Virus record (IMG/VR): IMGVR_UViG_3300006030_000083
Coordinates: 1 to 27,734 of that record
Strand: one strand, 5' to 3'
From: a virus
Taxonomy: Duplodnaviria > Caudoviricetes
Length of the DNA stretch: 27,734 nt
Below are positions 24,058 to 27,734 of this stretch, piece after piece (positions within the stretch are counted from its first letter, which is position 1; every line of letters begins with the position of its first letter). Under the pieces are notes generated by a model, which was not told the DNA's origin, made no database searches, and saw nothing but the letters and a program-made list of their open reading frames with translations. The position numbers were made by a program, and so were the translations under genes.

Positions 24058-25103
24058 TAGAACCCCCCGGCTTTCAACTCTGCTTTACCCTGTTCGCGGC
24101 TGATCTTCCCGGAGGCGACATCGGCGCGGATGGCTTCAAGCGTCCTCTCTTGCCCACCCCCCATAAGGTTAAACTCATCGTCCGGGATGGCGAGGCGCGG
24201 GACGGCGATATTCGGGTCAATCTTGTATTGATTGGCGCGGGAGACAAACGGTGCGCGGTACTCGTCTGCGCTCCGCAGTTTCGATTCGTACATCCCCTTT
24301 GCCACCATCAAGAGTTCCTTCTTGAGTTCCGGCGTCAGCTTGTTGCCGCTCTTAAGGTTGTCGTAGATGATCTTGACCTTATCAAGTCCGGGCAAAGCAC
24401 TTTGGGCCAGCGCGATTTCTCCTTCTTTGACGGCGTTGTCGTCCATCGTCTTGACGAAGGAGTAGATGGCGGCGATATCCGCCGCTCCGGTCTTGTTTGC
24501 CTGAATGGAGGCGAGATCCCGAAGCCCGCTCTTAGCCGCTGCCAGGTTGGCGAAGGTCTTTGACTTCATGTAGTCGTCCATGATCTGCCCCTCGATCTTG
24601 GCCCTGTCGGACGGCCCAAGACCACCGCCAGCCGCAATCGCCCGTTTCTCGTCAGCCTCTGCGTTGAGTTTGCCGATGCTGGCCCGCTTTTCATCTAGCG
24701 CAAGTTTCCCAGACTCGGCTGCCTGGTCGCGGCTGGCCTTGTGCCGTGACAGAAGTTCTCGCCACTGATTCACCGCAGGGTCCTGGTCGGGCTGGGCGAT
24801 CCCGTAGTTCGGTCCCATATTCCCCATTTGGGCGGGCTGCTGGGCTCTTTGGAGAACGCCTGGAGCCATCATCTGTTCCGGTGAGACGCCACCGAATTTC
24901 AGCGTATTCTCCACCTGCTGGGCCGCGCTCTGCTGGCGGGCGTTAGCCATTTGCAAGCCCGTTAGCTGCTGGTTCTGTTCAAACTGCGCCGCTTGACGGG
25001 AGTTCGCCTGCGCCCTGTAGAAGGCGTTGAACATATCGTCAATGGATTTCGGGATGTAGTTGTAATCTTCCGGACGGTGCCAGGATGGAGGTTGGAAGTT
25101 CAT
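24057..25103 (-). CDS. Putative internal virion/DNA ejection protein
   Basis: Gln-rich N-terminus; GAADIAAIYSFVKTMD..AVKEGE motif; synteny. Confidence 0.6.
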   Translation of the reverse strand: MNFQPPSWHRPEDYNYIPKSIDDMFNAFYRAQANSRQAAQFEQNQQLTGLQMANARQQSAAQQVENTLKFGGVSPEQMMAPGVLQRAQQPAQMGNMGPNYGIAQPDQDPAVNQWRELLSRHKASRDQAAESGKLALDEKRASIGKLNAEADEKRAIAAGGGLGPSDRAKIEGQIMDDYMKSKTFANLAAAKSGLRDLASIQANKTGAADIAAIYSFVKTMDDNAVKEGEIALAQSALPGLDKVKIIYDNLKSGNKLTPELKKELLMVAKGMYESKLRSADEYRAPFVSRANQYKIDPNIAVPRLAIPDDEFNLMGGGQERTLEAIRADVASGKISREQGKAELKAGGF

Positions 25104-25105
25104 AG

Positions 25106-25750
25106 TTACCCCTTAGGCGCAACCGGCATCTTGCCGAACATTCCGCCCATGCCGAACATCCCGCCCGCCGCGCCGCCAGCGGCACCGGCAAGAATCCCCA
25201 TACCCCCGCCAATCAGCTGCCCCCGGAGGTTGGCGTTCTGCTGCTGACGGAACATATCCTGGTAGTCGTTCTTCTGGCGGTAGTACATCTGGTCTTCCCG
25301 CGCCCACTGTCTGGCCTCATCCCGCAGGCCGTAGGCCCGGTTCATGGCGGAATCACCACGGTTCTGGTACTGGGACTGGAGATTCCCCAGTCCCTGCCCG
25401 TAGAAGTTTGCAAGGGCGTTCTGTCGCTGCATGGCGAGGTTCTGCCCGACATTGGCGTATGCCGACGCAAGACCGGAGGAGCCAAGACGCCCGGCTCCAG
25501 CAAAGTCCCCAAGGGCCTGTTTCATCCCCTGGTTCATGATTCTCTGGTCGGAGGCTCCCAGCATCTGCTCGTACTGCGAGCCGTAGTTCTTGAGCCTGGT
25601 TGCCTGGGCTTCGGGGTGGCCCTGTAGGACCTGTCCCAACTCATAGGCCGACAACTCCCCGGCACCAATCGCCTTAGAGAAGAAATCCATCTCAGCTTGA
25701 GAGGGAGCCCGTCCGAGCGCGTCTTGAAACTGCTGACTGATCTGATCCAT
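25106..25750 (-). CDS. Putative DNA pilot/ejection protein (P22 gp7-like position)
   Basis: Q/N/G-rich with a C-terminal GGGMGILAGAAGGAAGG glycine zipper. Confidence 0.6.
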   Translation of the reverse strand: MDQISQQFQDALGRAPSQAEMDFFSKAIGAGELSAYELGQVLQGHPEAQATRLKNYGSQYEQMLGASDQRIMNQGMKQALGDFAGAGRLGSSGLASAYANVGQNLAMQRQNALANFYGQGLGNLQSQYQNRGDSAMNRAYGLRDEARQWAREDQMYYRQKNDYQDMFRQQQNANLRGQLIGGGMGILAGAAGGAAGGMFGMGGMFGKMPVAPKG

Positions 25751-25759
25751 AAATTTCTC

Positions 25760-27734
25760 CTAGGGAGTTGTGTTTGCCTTCCACGGCTGTGCAAACCAAT
25801 CCAGCCGGAATCCGTTCACTTCAAACGGTGAGCCTGAGTTGTTGCCAAACTTGACATTGAAGAACTGAAAGGGGCTAAGCAGCGGTAGGGCGTAATTTGC
25901 CCGCACATACGCCACCCCGGAGGTCGTACTCTGATTGATGGAGTAGGACCCGCTCCTGTTGTCGGAGGTCGTGTAGGTCGTCGTCAGCGTCCCAGAGCCC
26001 TGGTTTCTGACCACCACCGATATCCGATTTAGATTCTTTTCTACGAAGGGGTCAGAGCCGCTGAAGTCCCTAGACTTCCAGTAAGCGTTGATGGCGGAGC
26101 CGTTGTCGTTATCCACCCCGCCGTAAAGGTTCCAGTACCCTCCCGTAGAGGAGCCGAAATAGAGGGCGGTGCCGATTCTCTTTGGAGCAGTGACGGCGAG
26201 GTCAAACGGGAACCACTGCTTCTGGGCAAGGTCGTATTTCAGGAAGCGGTTATTAGTCGTGGAGTTGTTGATGGACGATGCCCAGTAGACGGCGTTCCTG
26301 ATCGAGTCGAAAACTCCCCACACCGGGGGAGCAGGGGCACCGTTGTTCCAGTAGACCGAGCAGGAGTCAATCTGGGTCTGTTCGGTGGCCGAGGTCATGA
26401 GCGAGGAGAAGCGAAGGTTCATCGCAGCGGCTGTGTCCACCGTGATCGTTTGGTTATTCGTCAGGGACACATAGGGGTTAGTCAGCGTCCCGCAACTCGT
26501 CCCCGTCGCAATCTCAATGCCAATCGTCGGGTTCCCGGTCGCGGTGAAGGCGCAAGAGACAATCCCCCAGGAAGTGACCGCCGACCCCGGGGAGATGCAC
26601 TGCGTTGTCAGTTGACCCGTAGCCGCCCCCAACAACCCGAAGGCCAAACCAACAGGGGTTTTTGTGCTACTCGTGGAGGTGAGGTCTGCCGTATATCGGA
26701 TGTATTTCTTTGAAGCGGAGCCGATCTTGAGCGTGTCGGAAGTCGTCACCAGGGAATCCCATGCCGAACCGTCGTTTGAGACCTCGGTGTAGAAAGCTAT
26801 GTTCGTCTCCGGGCTGACGGTCATGGTGGAGGAGAGCGTCCCCCACACCGGGGAGTTGAAGGCGGAAGTGAAAGTCCGAGAGACAAACCTTCCAGGGGAG
26901 TTGTAGCGGTAGACTGACAATCCCCGGATGAACTGAGAGGAAAAGTCCTGGTTTCCGACAATGTTCAGGAAAGTTTGACCACCGGAAATTGCCGAGTCGG
27001 TTGCCGATGAGATGAAGACATCACTCTGGTAGGCGTGGATTGCATCTCCAACCCGAGTCACCTGGTAGGTCTTCCACGAGTTATCCGCCTGAGTAACCGG
27101 AGCGGCAGCCAAGACCGTTTCCGTCCCGGAGACATTCTTGACCAGTTGGAGCCCCTGGGTGGAGTTTGAACCAGTCCCCTTGAGCCTGAGGGAGTAGAAA
27201 TCACCGTTTCCCTTAGAGATAAAGCGGAAGTCTACGCACAGCGCCCCAGAGCCGTTGCAGAAATCAAGGATTGGAGTGCCGCCTTGCTGGAATTTGTATT
27301 CCACCTGCCACGAACCTGAGGAGATGGTGATCTGTGTCGCAGTGGCGGCGTTGACGGTGGCATTAGTCGCCATCTGCCCGGAGCCCATAGACCAGCCAGT
27401 AGTAGTCCAAGTCACCTGTCCGACGGCAAAAGAGCCGTCATCGAAATCATCCCGCCAGGTCACGGAGGAAAGAGAAATCCCGCCGATGTTGTCCGTCACG
27501 GACACATTGGAGAGCGTTCCCGCCGCGAAGTCATTCGACGAGGTGTCTACAAAGGTGAAAGTCGTCGAGAAGACGGAGCCGGAATTGGTGGTGTAATCCC
27601 ACGAACCAGACGGATTTTGCGTGGCGGCGGACCAATCGCTCTGAGAGGTCTGGGTGTTGGACTGCTGAGATCCAGCCGTCTGGGACTGCACTAGGTTTGA
27701 GATTTCGCGGGATATGAGAGTCAGCCCCGAGTCG
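25760..27734 (-). CDS. Tail tubular protein B/nozzle (P22 gp10/T7 gp12-like), 5'-truncated, with a large inserted beta-rich region
   Basis: The frame is open to the window end (DSGLTLISREISNLV...). The C-terminus VFDSIRNAVYW...LKYDLAQKQW...LYFG...INAYWKSRDF...EKNLNRI...FFNVKF is typical of this family. Confidence 0.65.
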   Translation of the reverse strand, partial: DSGLTLISREISNLVQSQTAGSQQSNTQTSQSDWSAATQNPSGSWDYTTNSGSVFSTTFTFVDTSSNDFAAGTLSNVSVTDNIGGISLSSVTWRDDFDDGSFAVGQVTWTTTGWSMGSGQMATNATVNAATATQITISSGSWQVEYKFQQGGTPILDFCNGSGALCVDFRFISKGNGDFYSLRLKGTGSNSTQGLQLVKNVSGTETVLAAAPVTQADNSWKTYQVTRVGDAIHAYQSDVFISSATDSAISGGQTFLNIVGNQDFSSQFIRGLSVYRYNSPGRFVSRTFTSAFNSPVWGTLSSTMTVSPETNIAFYTEVSNDGSAWDSLVTTSDTLKIGSASKKYIRYTADLTSTSSTKTPVGLAFGLLGAATGQLTTQCISPGSAVTSWGIVSCAFTATGNPTIGIEIATGTSCGTLTNPYVSLTNNQTITVDTAAAMNLRFSSLMTSATEQTQIDSCSVYWNNGAPAPPVWGVFDSIRNAVYWASSINNSTTNNRFLKYDLAQKQWFPFDLAVTAPKRIGTALYFGSSTGGYWNLYGGVDNDNGSAINAYWKSRDFSGSDPFVEKNLNRISVVVRNQGSGTLTTTYTTSDNRSGSYSINQSTTSGVAYVRANYALPLLSPFQFFNVKFGNNSGSPFEVNGFRLDWFAQPWKANTTP

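Noticed and set aside
395-27596. Numerous plus-strand ORFs in the track (e.g. 460-975, 8255-8776, 18669-19307, 21731-22240)
   Set aside because: They are antisense shadows of well-supported minus-strand genes, with no motifs, promoters or SD sites.
1-27734. Stop-codon reassignment
   Set aside because: TAA, TAG and TGA all end well-defined genes at expected positions; only one isolated in-frame stop was seen.

Overview
This window is ~28 kb of a temperate, podovirus-like (P22/T7-type tail architecture) phage genome, almost entirely encoded on the minus strand. Read right to left it contains: a tail tubular/nozzle protein (5'-truncated) with a large lectin-like insertion; three DNA-ejection-type virion proteins; a small plus-strand membrane moron with its own promoter; a 997-aa repeat-built tail fibre; a lipoprotein; a lysis cassette; an RNase H-fold exonuclease; and a nucleotide-sugar module (GDP-mannose 4,6-dehydratase plus a PLP enzyme whose catalytic Lys is replaced by His, as in ColD/RfbH 3-dehydratases). 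A convergent tyrosine integrase follows. Next comes an early operon (HNH, SSB/SSAP-like, PD-(D/E)XK exonuclease, NinG, DUF559), a candidate DNA-modification cluster (TGT/DpdA-like, B12-like radical SAM, N4/N6 methyltransferase), a symmetric pair of leaderless divergent promoters driving a CGNR-like zinc finger, many micro-ORFs, and finally terS/terL. The main leads are: (1) a phage-encoded 3,6-dideoxy-sugar pathway in the late operon; (2) the TGT-like/radical SAM/MTase cluster; (3) structured intergenic RNAs, two sharing terminal motifs, each lying just upstream of a nuclease gene, in a temperate phage with no recognisable CI repressor in the window. All calls come from reading motifs by eye; no database search or folding software was run.
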